From positions 558,001 to 622,000 of the forward strand of contig QPMI01000477.1 in NCBI GenBank assembly GCA_004431415.1: DNA of 64,000 nt, given 5' to 3'. Below are positions 36,079 to 47,714 of the stretch, one piece after another. Made by a program: the position numbers and the translations under genes. The notes beneath the pieces were generated by a model. The model worked only from the letters and a program-made list of their open reading frames with translations. It ran no database searches and had not been told where the DNA came from. This DNA is from Cyanophora paradoxa CCMP329. Its lineage: Eukaryota; Plantae; Glaucophyta. Positions within the stretch are counted from its first letter, which is position 1. Every line of letters starts with the position of its first letter.

Positions 36079-38780
36079 ATGCGAGCGATGCCTGTGTCCA
36101 GGTGCCCGCGCGCGCGAATTCGAATGCACAGCCCGTCACGAATTCTCACTTTCCGCAGCCGGCCGCGGTCGCGGCTTCGCCTTCTTCTCGGAATCGCTCT
36201 GTTCGCGGCAGCGTTGGGAGCACTCATGTTCTGGGCCTCCGAATCGTCTCGCGACGCGAGCGTGGCGGGAATTTCGCTTCGAAGCTCGGGCCGCGAAAGC
36301 GAGGAGGTCGCGCCCGCGACCGCGCACCTCCGGCGCGCGAAGCAGGCGCGAAAGCGCATGCCATACGTTCGCAGATTCCAGTGCTCATGATTTCGCGCAG
36401 GAAGGCCCGCGGGCGATGCGCCAGGCCCTTCTCGCCCTGCAAACGACGAACCCGCGAGGTGATCGACGCCCTGGAGCGCGTCTCTGCGCGTGCATGACCG
36501 CCGCGCATTCGCAGAGCCGCACGTGCCCATCCTCCATCCGCGCGCGATCGCCGAGATGGAGCCGTGGTCAGGCGAAGTGCCCCGCGGGTTCTACCGCAGC
36601 TTCGTCGGATGGATCCAGGTGAGCGCTGAGGCCGAGCTCGAGCTCGGGACGCAATGTAGTTGCAATGACGAGAGCGCAGCGCCGGTATTTCTTGGGAAGC
36701 CACCCGCAGGTGCCTTAGCAACGCACACCTCGACTTCTAGACGTCGACCTGCACGGCAGGGAGACTTCTACGAAGGCTCTCGAGCTGCGTCCGCGGGCGA
36801 CCAGGACGCCCCGATTGTGTGGGACAAGGCAGAGACCGCGGCGCCGAAGTATCGGCTCACGACGCAGGCAACCCCGGCCGCGCGGCCCCGAGTTCATTCT
36901 AATCTAGTGCTAAAACATTGCAAGCTCGATTTGCACTGATCATGATTTTCGCGTGATTTCATCGGGGCTCGAAGGCGCCACAGCCTCAAGACGAGTACTA
37001 CTTTGAGCTTACGGACGTTCTCACCGCTGTCCGGAACGCGCGTGGCACCTTCACGATCGTCGAGCTGGGCGCAGGATGCGGCGCGCGAAGTCACATTTTT
37101 GAATTCGCTCAGCGGCCACGAGCGCTCTAGATATGAGCGGGGGATCGAATTTTCGCGCAGGGCCCTGGCTCGGTACGGCGTGGGCGGCAGTGCAGAGGCG
37201 ACCTTCGGCGCGGGCCCTGAAACCCCTCCTGGTTTCCGTGGAAGCCGGTAATTAAAAGCGAATTTGAATCTACGATTTTCTAACATATTTTGTATACATT
37301 TCGAAGCGCCCGTGAACTTTTATTTGCCCTCAGACGAGTACAAGAACATGATGCTGGAGGTGAACTTCAAGGACAACGGGATCGACGCGAGCCGCCACGT
37401 CATCTTGAAGGGTTCTATTCTGTTCTTATAATCATATGCATATTCTGTTTCGCAACCGTCGGGCGCGTTCGCGTTTCTGAGATCTAGATCGAATCCAGGA
37501 GCGATCAGTGACGAGGACGGGACTCTGAACTTCACGCGCCCAATCAACGGCGGGGTCGAGAGCCGGGGCGAGCTCACTGGGATCGCGTATATATATTCAG
37601 TTCGCTGCAGCTTACGGGGCTCGGGCTGGCTCGCGCGCGCGCTCGCAGGCGACTGGGGCCAGCACGTGCACAGCGCCGAGGCGGCGCAGGACGCTGTGCT
37701 CGCGGCCGAGCAGCGCCACCGGAAGGTCCGGATCCCCGCGCGCCAATCGCGACGCCCCGGATTATAATTCGATATCGCGGGGGCGGGCGCGGTCGGACAG
37801 GAGTTCTACTCGGTGCGGGCGTTCGGGATCAACGGCGTTCTGGACCGAGTCCCGGAGGGCCGCCCCATCGACATCCTCATGGGTCCGCCAGCCCCGCCCG
37901 CCCCGGGCGTCGATTAATATTCGAACTCGAAAACAAATCCGACCCGGATATATATCTGTTGAGTCCTTAAAGCTCTGGCCTTAGGCTATATTAAGTCCTT
38001 AAGCTCCGGCCTTCAGCTTTATAGAGTACTTAAGCTTCGGCCTTAAGCTTGATTAAGTCCTAAAGCTCCGGCCCGGATATGTGTTAATTCCTACGCTCCT
38101 TGACTTGTTCCCAAGCTTATAATTATATAATTAATTATAATGCCCTTCGAATTCGTGCGGGGGCGCAGTGGACGTGCAGGGGCACGAGGGGGTGGTCCTC
38201 CCGGCGGCCGCCGAGCGGCTCCAGCGGCGCGTGCGGCGCGTCCACGTCGGCACGCACTCGACCGCCATCGAGGCCCGCCTCCGCGCCCTCTTCGACGGCA
38301 TGGGGTGGGTGCGCGGCAATATAAATGACTTTAATCTGTTTAATCTAGCAGGGGATGGGATGTTAAATGTGTTCCAATTTAATCTTTTTTGGTGAATTAA
38401 ATCTGCCTCATCGTCTTTAGTCCGCGTAACTATAATGCTGTCTTCCATTATGATCAGCATCGTTCTTGGCTAAAATCTGCGTATACGTAATGCTGGCTTT
38501 GATATAATCTGCCTCATCTTTATAATTTAGGCTGCGTAATGCTCTCTTCAGTTTACTTTGCCCCTCATCTTTAGCCCGCGTGCCGCTCTCTTCGCTCCGC
38601 AGCTGCCTGCAGCTGACGACCGCGACGGGCCAGGTGAAGGTGTTCGACCTGCCCATGTTCAACGGGACGGCGGCGGCGCGGCGGCTCGCCCCCTCGCCGT
38701 TCGGGCCGATCGCGGTGGCCGACGGCGTCCTCTCCTACGCCAACCCCGCCCTCTTCGAGCCCTCCGACATCCTCTACTAG
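36079..38780 (+). CDS. FkbM-like SAM-dependent methyltransferase, type II membrane anchor, multi-exon
   Basis: TM LLLGIALFAAALGALMFW; TIVELGAG; AISDEDG; IDILM-VDVQGHEGVVL; VRRVHVGTHS. Confidence 0.78.
37961..38072. repeat. About 30-bp degenerate minisatellite (4 copies) in an intron
   Basis: The unit AGTCCTTAAGCTCCGGCCTT... recurs four times with variation. Confidence 0.6.
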
Positions 38781-39610
38781 CTTTAGCTTTAGCTGACATA
38801 TGCATCAGCTCCGAATTATTCCTCGCTTCGTCGAATTCGATTTGTTCGAAACCAATCAAAATCATATAATGACAGGATTTGAACGCGGGGCTGTAATCTA
38901 AATTTTCAGCGGGCGAAAGGGGGCGGGGGAGGGAGAGGGCACCCTGAACTTGTGAAAGAGTACTTCTGCCCCCTGTACCCGGAACTTTCGGAAGAGTATA
39001 CGTACGTATACGTCTGCCCCTGTACACGAGTATACGAAGCTGCGACCGGCGCCGGCCGCGGATCCGGAAGAAAGATGGGAATCGATATATATAGACAATA
39101 TGCATATGTTCGCGATGCACGTGAGTCTCGCGATTTAGTTCTCGAATTTGAATGTGTGAAATTCGTGCTAAGCTGCAGCTAGCGCTGCAGCTGCGCATGC
39201 GCGCGTCTCAGCTGCAGCTGCGCGTCCCCGCGCCTCTGCAGCCCCCAACAGCCCTCAATGCGTCAGCTGCAGTGGCCCGGTGGCTCCTGGTTGCAATTGC
39301 ATGCATCGATAGCTCAGTGGCCAGGCGCAAATTCGAACTCGTACTCGAGCTGCGGACATGTATATATACGTAAAGCGCTGCTCATGAACTGCGCATGCGG
39401 CTGTACTGGTGACGTATGCGTAGGCTATTATAAAAACGTACTCTATATATACACTAAACGGATTACATAGCTATTTATAATACTCTTTCTCATCAGAGCT
39501 TGGAAGCGTTGTGCATGTATGCACAGGAACATAAAATGACCGATGGTGAAAGCGCAGACGTCGACCGTCGAATTAACCGTTCATGCGCATTTATATCTGA
39601 ATATAAATAA

Positions 39611-42600
39611 TTACACGTCGTCTACCCAGAGAGGAGCTGCTCGCTCGCCTCGTTGACTCCATCGTTGGGGAAGAATATGCTCCGTCGTTTCAAGGTGGCG
39701 CCTGGAGGCCGCGAGGTGCGGGCCCGGGGGGCGGGGCGTCGTGATCAGCTGCGGGAGCCCGGGGCGCAGGCCTAGGGAGGGGGGTTTCGCATCGCACCGG
39801 CTGCGAAGGCGATGGAGGAGAGCGCGTCCTGAACGGCCGAGGCGACGCTCGAGCGCCGCCGGGAGCGCCGTCGTTGCAGCGCCGACTTCGAGGCCGCTCC
39901 CTCCGCCTCCCTCGCCTCTTCCTCTCTCGACGAGGCTGCGTACCCCAGCGCCGCCGAGCCCCGGCGGGACCTCAAATGCGCATTCGACGCGGCTGGCGAG
40001 CACGCTGTGCGCTGCAGCTGCGAGGGAGGCCTGCTCTTGTTGGTTACGTCTCCGTCGATCGCGACAGCTGCGTGCGATCGCGACGTCGACGCCGACGACC
40101 GCCGCGCACGCGAACGCGTACGGCCATCGATATCGCGACGGCCAGCGGAGGCTGGACACGATGGCGATGTCTCCGGCCCAGTTTTGCCGTCGCTCGTGCC
40201 AGCTGCAGCCGCGGACGCTGGTGCTGTCCACTCCATCGCGATCGCGAGTTGTGGACGCAGCTGTGGGCTCGGTCGGAGAGACGGAGGCAGAGAATGAACG
40301 ATTCCGGAACCAGCGCCGATCTCGAGGCCGCCTTCATTTGAGCCCGCCAGCGTGAGGGGCGGCGGCGTCGATGGCCGAGAAATGGAGGCGTGTCGTGCCG
40401 GGATGCTCGAGCTCGAGTCGTGGCTTCGGACCCGAGCCGGGGGCGAGAGCCAGGCCGCGCCAGGCATGGCGACAGCCGGCGGCCGCGAGGGGCGGGTTAT
40501 GGCTGAATTCGAAGTCCAAATCGCAGCGGTGCTTGTCGATCCGCGGCCGGATTGAGGGCGGGATGTGGGGGCGACGATCGCCCGCCAGTGTGCGAGATTC
40601 TCCTGCGCGCGCTGCGGGCCGGGCGGGCGGGCGGATCAGCGGAGGTGTCCCGTTATAGATAGCTGGGCCCTGAAGGCCCATGGAGCGAACCTCGACAAGG
40701 GTTTGCGCCGCGGGGAAGCGGGAGGCCCAGGCCTGAAAGAGGGGTACGGCGATGAAGGAGGCGAACCCCGCCTGCGGGGGGCGCGAGTTGGTGCGCATGC
40801 CTTCATATCTATGGCCCGATGGCCACCACGGTTCACGGCGCGGGCGCACCGAAGTTGCGGCGGCGGAGCCGGAAGTGCGGTCACAGAACTGGCTGACAGG
40901 GAGCCCGATGCCCCGCTCCTCGTCGCCCTGCCGATAGAACTCCTCGTTGACCCGCGCACACCATTCGACCTGTACCGAAAGTGAGGAGAGCACGATGAAA
41001 AAAGCGACGTTCGAGGGGTACAAGGGGCCGCGCACGTGCTGCTGGAGAGGGCGGGCGGCGTTGCTGCGCAGAGCGCACATTGATTAAATATTAGGGGGTG
41101 CGTGCAGAGCGCCGACCAAGGAAATCCAACGCCCTAATCATATGCATATAAGAAGCACCTAATGTCCGCAACCTGGTCATGATCATGATCATAGGAGGCA
41201 ACGTTAGCGTCGCGAGACTCCTGTGAAGGGGGAAATATTAATGGCGCACTTTGAGGGCCATAGCCAGGAAGAGGGCTCGGTCCTCCGGAGCGAAAGGGCC
41301 CTCCTCGGGAGCGAAGGGGCCTGCTCCGCGCAGATTTCCGCTCCTGGAGTCGATACCGACGGGCCCACGGGCGTGCCATCGTGATCAGTCGGAATCGAAC
41401 GACAGGCGCAAGGGAGCAGCGCCGGCGCGCGCGTGCACACGTTCGCTGATCATGGCGACGGGAGCCGCGAGGCTCGTGACGGGAGCCGCGATGCTCGCAA
41501 TCGCCCCCATTCCGGGAGGGCCCCAGGGAGCTCGCCAGCACCCGCGCCTGCGGCCAAAACATCAACGTCGTTAGCCCAGCACGCTCCTCGGCGACCTCTC
41601 CCTATGGCTGTACTGGAGAGCTCGATATATCCGCATACCTTGAACTTGCCGAGGCGCTGCGAATGAGAGGTATAAATTATCGTTATTGTGGGCCATTCCA
41701 GATGACGATGACGTGAACCATTAATATTTCTGACCTTAAAGTGTTTCGCCATATCCGTCGCGAGGACTATTTCGATAATGAGCCTCCGAAACTCGATCCG
41801 CTACGCATCCGGGTGTTGCACGTGGCGACACAGCAATCAGCATCGCGAATAGCGCGCGTCGAACTCGGGCCACGCTTGCCTGCTCGCGGCTGAAGTGGGA
41901 CACGAAGTTAATTGCAGGATCCCGGAGAAGAGAGAAGAACCACGTCAGCGAGTTGTTCTCCAGGATGCTGCATTCCGTGGCAGTCAGCATATTTGCAGTG
42001 CCACGGTGGACCGACGCCATCTACGGAGACAAGCGCATGCCTGCGGTCATTGTAGAGAAGCGCAAGCTCGCTTTCTGTTGCAATCTCAAAGGCGCTGCGA
42101 AGAAACGTTCAAAGGGGTCAGCGGCCTTAGCTTTGGGGAGGGGTGCAGCAAGAGGGGGAGCTGAAATCGATGCCCGCCGCACTTGTTTCTGCCTCCATGT
42201 CCCACGTCATGTACAATGGCCGCCACCTGACCCGAAATCGAAGTAAACGGAAGGCGAGCGTGAAATTTACGCGGCACAAATGCATAGAAAGCGAAGTCTA
42301 CCAGGGCAGCGAGGAAATCATTGGAAGGGATGCGGTCGTGGATGTTGCCGCTCGTGAGCAGGAAGAGAAGCGCCTGCACATGTGGCACAGTTGACCATGA
42401 GCGCATAAATTAAATTATCTCGATATCTCAAAATTCGATAATGAACATGATATCTCACGTGCAACACACCTGGAGAACATCCGCAGCGTGGGTCGAGCTG
42501 TGGTAGGGCTGCGGTTGTAGCAGACAGTCGGTGACGTTTTCGATATTGATTGTTATAACGTTAACGATGCATATGGTGCCGATTCGAAACAATGTTAAAG

Positions 42601-44053
42601 TCAATATTAACGCTGCAAGGTCGGACGCACCACTTTTTGGTAGCCCGCCTCGACGGCGGCGACAAACGCTCCGAATTTTGCAGGCTCCACCTGCACATAT
42701 GCGTTCGTGCGAGGCACGCTTGCGTATTGAAATAACCGACAAAAGAAAGCCACGCACGCCCGAAACCTCGAAGATACGACATTTTTCCATCACATGCATT
42801 CTGCGCAAAGCTTTGTATATGTGGAGGCATGCGCGAAATAGATGAGATCCACGCAGGGGCGCACGCAAGGAGCTCAAGAGGCCGCCCGGCTGCCGCCTGC
42901 TCCAGCTGCGTTCGAGTTCGAAGCTGAGAGGTTGGTCCGGTGGCCGGCAGAACTTCGGAAATATCATTATACACTAGCGAAAAACGTTATTAAGACCTTG
43001 AAGGCATCGAATGAATCCCAGGTGGACCAGCACGCAGTAGCCAGGGCGTCCCTCAACGCGTCTGTTGAAAGGTCCAGAACACTGCTGCCGGGCCCGGCGG
43101 CGGCACCAGCAGAGGCGAAAGCCATGGAGCTCGAGGATGAGCGCGAGCGGCCCAAAGAGGTGCGTTTCATCGACAAAGAACGCAATTGCAGGCGGGGCGG
43201 GCCGGGCCCCTGCTCGCATCGTCAAGCGGGGTCATGTCTGTAATTGCGGGGTCTGGGCGACGGCACCATGGTACTCAGCCACCCTTGGATGGACCGAACG
43301 ATCTCATCGGTCTCCCCTCTAGCCGTAGCCGCCATGATTGCCCCCTGTCCGCCCGATTTCGCCATTAGGATTTGGTCACTTTCGATTTCATCTAATTTAA
43401 TTTTCGAATGGCCATGGTACACGCTGGCTGCGCATGCACGGTGCACCTCCGACAGGTCTCCCGATGCAGATTCCGTGACGCACGTCAAGAGGTGTCTGGG
43501 TCGCGCAAGGGTTACATAATTCAAATCCTGTACCCAAAAGTCTAACGCGTCACCGCACCGAAGGGCTGCCGCAGCGCCTGTCGCGTGGATAAGGCTGCCT
43601 TCTGCAAGGCGCCGGCCGCGTCCCGTGTCAACAGCGAAGCAGAAAGCCTTCGAAGTCAGAAAGCTTAAGCCGAGCATTCGAAACGGACCATCGACCAGTT
43701 GCTCAAGAAGAACCGAGAGAGATAGGATTGCGGAAGCAATGGGCGAGTCGAGGTCAATCGCCCCAGACAGGTAACGGAACGACTGCTCCAATAGATGAGC
43801 TCATGTAATAAAAATGAGTAGCGTTCGGACCTCAAGCTCGTCAAACAGAGTGGCATACTCGGCCTTGAATTGCCGAACCTCCGCCGGCGCGTCGAAGCCG
43901 ACGTCGACGTCCCGACCCCGGATAAACCGCTGCAACTTTACATTCAGAAACAGAGATTGCCCGTAATACATATATACGTTTAGACGCGCATCGCTTGTTG
44001 CAACGCTTGAGACAAACCTCACGGGCGTCGGCTTCGTCGCGTGCGGCGGCGGC
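39611..44053 (-). CDS. Class I 3',5'-cyclic nucleotide phosphodiesterase, multi-exon; 5' end uncertain and abutting or interrupted by the viral insertion
   Basis: QPYHSSTHAADVLQ; AAIVHDVGHGGRN; SILEN; VADI; WCARVNEEFYRQGDEERGIGLPVSQFCDR; QAGFASFIAVPLFQAW. Confidence 0.88.
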
Positions 44054-44150
44054 GACACATATGTATAAACTTATTTAAATCCCTCGTTCATCTCGATCGC
44101 TTCGCGATCTCGATTCACTCTGGATTTAAATAAGTTTATACATATGTGTC
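44054..44150. repeat. Terminal hairpin: perfect 29-bp inverted repeat around a 39-nt centre with a small inner stem-loop
   Basis: GACACATATGTATAAACTTATTTAAATCC (44054-44082) is the exact reverse complement of 44122-44150. Inner GATCGC-TTC-GCGATC at 44095-44109. Confidence 0.95.
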
Positions 44151-44460
44151 AAAATTAATACTAAAATACGTATTTATCGATTAAATTCTTTAACTTTTTA
44201 TGCAAACTTTGTATAAATTAATGCAAACTTTGTATTAAAAATGAAAAACGTGTTTAACTTTATGCATATTTACGATTGAATCAATTGATCTTATATCGAT
44301 TGATTATGTTCTTTGTCGATTACATATATAACTGCGATTAATTTGCATTAAACTACTTAAAGAACGAAATAATCGCGATTAAATTGCATAAATTCGCATA
44401 AACTCGATATATCTCTCTTGTATTGAAGTAGACCACCGCCCATTCTGTATCGAAAAACGC

Positions 44461-44726
44461 AAAAAGTGTCACAGAGTTGCATTGTGTCCAATTGAACAAT
44501 CGATGAGATTGCTGATTTGCATTTTTGCACCCAAAAACTGTCACAGAGTTGCATTATCTCCAATTAAACAATCGATTATAATGGGATGGGCACTTTTGCA
44601 CCCAAAAAGTGTCACATAGTTGCATGGTCTCCAATTAAACAATCGATGAGATTGCGGATGTATATTTTAGATCGAAAAGTGTCACAGAGGTGCATGGTCT
44701 CCAATTGAACAATCGATTAGATTGCA
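44461..44726. repeat. Subterminal tandem repeat, 4 copies of about 71 bp
   Basis: TGTCACAGAGTTGCAT...TCCAATT(G/A)AACAATCGAT, with variation, starts at 44467, 44539, 44610 and 44680. Confidence 0.9.
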
Positions 44727-44838
44727 TATGTTCTATAAAACAGAATAATTGAGATCAAGTGTGACAGGTAGTATTCAAATGATATTCAGTAAGAGATAGT
44801 TTTGTTTTTGAGAAAGTCAGTAAGAGGGGTGGAATGTC

Positions 44839-44941
44839 TGTGACGCCTGTGACGGCTGTGACGCCTGTTTTCAGAAGTCTGTCATTTTTGAAAATTTTAA
44901 AAAGTTTGAAAGTAGGTGTCACAGGCGTCACAGGCGTCACA
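44839..44941. promoter_or_regulatory. Origin-like module 1: three 9-bp iterons, 49-bp AT-rich spacer, three inverted iterons
   Basis: (TGTGACG[C/G]C)x3 - TGTTTTCAGAAGTCTGTCATTTTTGAAAATTTTAAAAAGTTTGAAAGTA - (GG[C/T]GTCACA)x3. Confidence 0.7.
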
Positions 44942-45129
44942 CTCAATTAAATTAGGTGTCACAGCGAAATTGCAGACGATATCCAGTAAGACAACTTCGC
45001 ATTTTCAAAAAGGTTGATTAATGGATAGTGTTTTGTAGGTGTCAGAGGTGTCACAAGACGGATTTCAGTAAGACAAGAATATATTCTCGAAAATCTCAGT
45101 AAGAGAAAGAGATTCCATTTTTAATTGGG

Positions 45130-45232
45130 TGTGACGCCTGTGACGGCTGTGACGGCAGTTTTCAGAAGTCTGTCATTTTTGAAAATTTTAAAAAGTTTGA
45201 AAGTAGGCGTCACAGGCGTCACAGGCGTCACA
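45130..45232. promoter_or_regulatory. Origin-like module 2 (direct copy of module 1, 291 bp downstream)
   Basis: Near-identical 103-bp sequence, with extra GGYGTCACA sites following it. Confidence 0.7.
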
Positions 45233-45466
45233 GTCAATTAAAGAGGCGTCACAGTCAATTAAATAGGTGTCACAAGACGGATTTCAGTAAGACCATGTGA
45301 AATTCTGAATTTCTCAGTGTCAACTAACTCGGAAATCGCAATACTCTATGTTTCTCCGATTTCTCCAACCCTGAAAACACACCTGTTATTCTCTCATCTA
45401 TCTCATGAGATACTCTCGTTTCGCCAAAAATTGACAAACGATTTCCCATCATGCTGTAAAGGAAAC

Positions 45467-45733
45467 ATGCCGATTAACCAGCAATATCACAATTTCCATG
45501 GAACTTACATCTTGATTGTGAATAGAATGCAAGATCATTATGAGATCTTTCAAGAGATGGGATTGCGAATTACAAGGAGAACAACCCTTTGTAGATTCTT
45601 GAAAAAGAATGGTGCTAAATGGGATAAGACAATTCGCCGATGGTATACAGAGGATGCTAAGAGTCCCCTTCTTAATATTTTCGAGACAGATGGGGAGTTC
45701 TTCTATCAGGATCGGTTTAATCATTACCAATAG
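45467..45733 (+). CDS. Small viral protein with DUF5710-like GAKWD..RRWY motif (start uncertain)
   Basis: FLKKNGAKWDKTIRRWY in ORF 45317-45733; first ATG at 45467. Confidence 0.5.
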   Translation: MPINQQYHNFHGTYILIVNRMQDHYEIFQEMGLRITRRTTLCRFLKKNGAKWDKTIRRWYTEDAKSPLLNIFETDGEFFYQDRFNHYQ

Positions 45734-46650
45734 CCAAGAACTCCAACTGGAATGAGTTGTCAATCCCATTCATATCTACAAGATCACCATAATAATCTCG
45801 AAACTCAACTGTTAACTCTCTAATGACCAAATTGCGATCGGTTATTTTTATGTATTCACTGTGCTCTCCACTGTGATAAACATACTGTCCAATATCTTTA
45901 CTCAATTGCAGTCTGAGAATTGCTCCTTGATTCTGTGGTTGTGATCTTGGGACAATATTGTGGTTTGTAGCAAATGGGGAGAGTTCTTTAATGTGCATGT
46001 ATAAATACTGTTCTGCATTCATGTCTGTCATCTTGGCTGCTTCTAACTTGTAGTTTAAGCGAGATGCCTCGAATTCATATCCTGTGAATGTTATTCCCCA
46101 TTGGGGATGGTTTGGGGTGATTGGGATTCCTGCAAAATAGAGGAAATTCTCGGGAGCATATAAAGACCTTGCAGACTCTGGGAAATCGTAGTTCTGCTCT
46201 AATGAAGCGACCCAGTCAACAGAACTCACCCCAAGAAGTTTACCCAATCTCTGTGTAGATGCTACCATCTCGAATTGAACATTGCTGTAAAACTCCAATT
46301 TGTAGGAGGTAGGATTGTAGTAGACCTTGAATGCATATGTGAGATTGTTGCTCCCAGTAAATGTGAAATTCAGACCATAATTATATGGACTGGTGACCCC
46401 GAAATGCCCTTGATTAATATAACCACTTGGGAGAAGGAAGACCTGCTTGGTTTCAGAGATGCCTTGGTAGTAGAATCTGACAAGAAGGTGGTCTGTTCCA
46501 ATGGAGTTATAAGATGCTGTTGGGGATCTCTGCATACAAAACTCGACATTCTCTTGGTTTGGTCACTGGGGTTGTGAGTGAAACTTTGTAGGAGTTTTCT
46601 ATTTGTCCATCTGATCGGTCTCTGCTATCTATATTGACCAGCCGAATCAT
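45717..46650 (-). CDS. Minor capsid protein (penton) 1, with one frameshift near 46512
   Basis: ATG at 46650 gives MIRLVNIDSRDR...KVSLTTP...VLYAEIPNS, a typical penton N-terminus. One extra base shifts into ORF 45717-46535 (YNSIG...), which ends in the penton motif IRELTVEFRDYYGDLVDMNGIDNSFQLEF. Confidence 0.85.
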
Positions 46651-46678
46651 TTTAATATATGTTTATAGATAAAAGAAG

Positions 46679-47688
46679 ATGCCTGTGGATTACATCGAAG
46701 TGAGCTCTTTCAATACAATTTCGGGAGATGGACCAACTTCGAGTTTTATTGCTCGCCTCCCCAGCACCTATGAATTTGTGAGAGCAGTAAGACTGGTTTC
46801 AGCAGAATTCTATAACAGCATTCCCATGGTGAGTGGTGAAACCAAAGTAGGAGATGTGACAATAGATAATGCAATCTACCTTTATTGGTCTGAATATTAT
46901 TCTGGTGCAGGAAGCACTGGTATTCCAACTGATCGACCTGCTGCCGATTATGAGCAATGGAAGCACATTGTGATAAGTCGCAGCACACCCATTCAAAACC
47001 ACCAACAACTGGTGAATGTAATTAACTCCAAACTTGCATTGAGAGAGCCACCAGTAGCAATTCGCTGTAAATGGGATGATACACTGAAACGAGTAATATT
47101 CCATTCCACCATACCGTTTTACCTGGCTTTCTCAACTGCAATAAACCCAACCCAGGCGCAGATTCAGAGGTTTTGAGTTCTGCTCGACTGCTTGGTCTTG
47201 ATCCTGGGAGATATGGTAACACCCCAATCCAATCACAAGTTTATAATACTCTGACTGATGGTATCTTTACTGGGTCGATGGTGCATGGTATCATATCTTC
47301 ATTTGAACCTGAAAAGACCAGGGATAGTGTTCTGTTTGTGAGAGTAAAGGAGTTGGGTGATCTGGTTCAATGTGGTGATGGTCTCCTCACTGGATATTTC
47401 CACAAAATCGTTGTTCCAGATAAAGATTATGGTGAGCATGTCGTTTATAATTCGACAGAAGCCCATCCGATTTATAAATACTATAACAAGAATCTGGGAC
47501 TTTCCACATTTTCGGTTGATATTGTGAATGCAGTTAATGAACCAATTGATTTCGAGGGTCAACCTGTCCACCTCACCTTCGAAATTCGATATGGTGATGA
47601 ACCTGCTGGTGATCCTGTGTACGAATACTTCAAGAGGAGAATGGCGGAAACACATCCATCTTATCCTGTTATTGCGAATTTTGCGTAA
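46679..47688 (+). CDS. Minor capsid protein (penton) 2, split by one frameshift near 47130
   Basis: N-terminal SSFIARLPSTYEFVRAVRLVSAEFYNS. C-terminal ARLLG, VLFVRVKEL, LSTFSVDIVNAVNEPIDFEGQPVHLTFEI. Restoring one T joins ORFs 46679-47176 and 47173-47688 (YLAFLNCNKPNPGADSEVLSSARLLG). Confidence 0.8.
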
Positions 47689-47714
47689 AATCAAGGATCA
47701 TTGGTGAATTTTTT

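Noticed and set aside
44461-44726. CRISPR array
   Set aside because: The repeats are degenerate, the intervening parts resemble each other rather than being unique spacers, there are no cas genes, and the context is eukaryotic-viral.
44755-44946. ORF MSVTPVTPVTP...
   Set aside because: It is a translation of the 9-bp iterons, not a credible gene.
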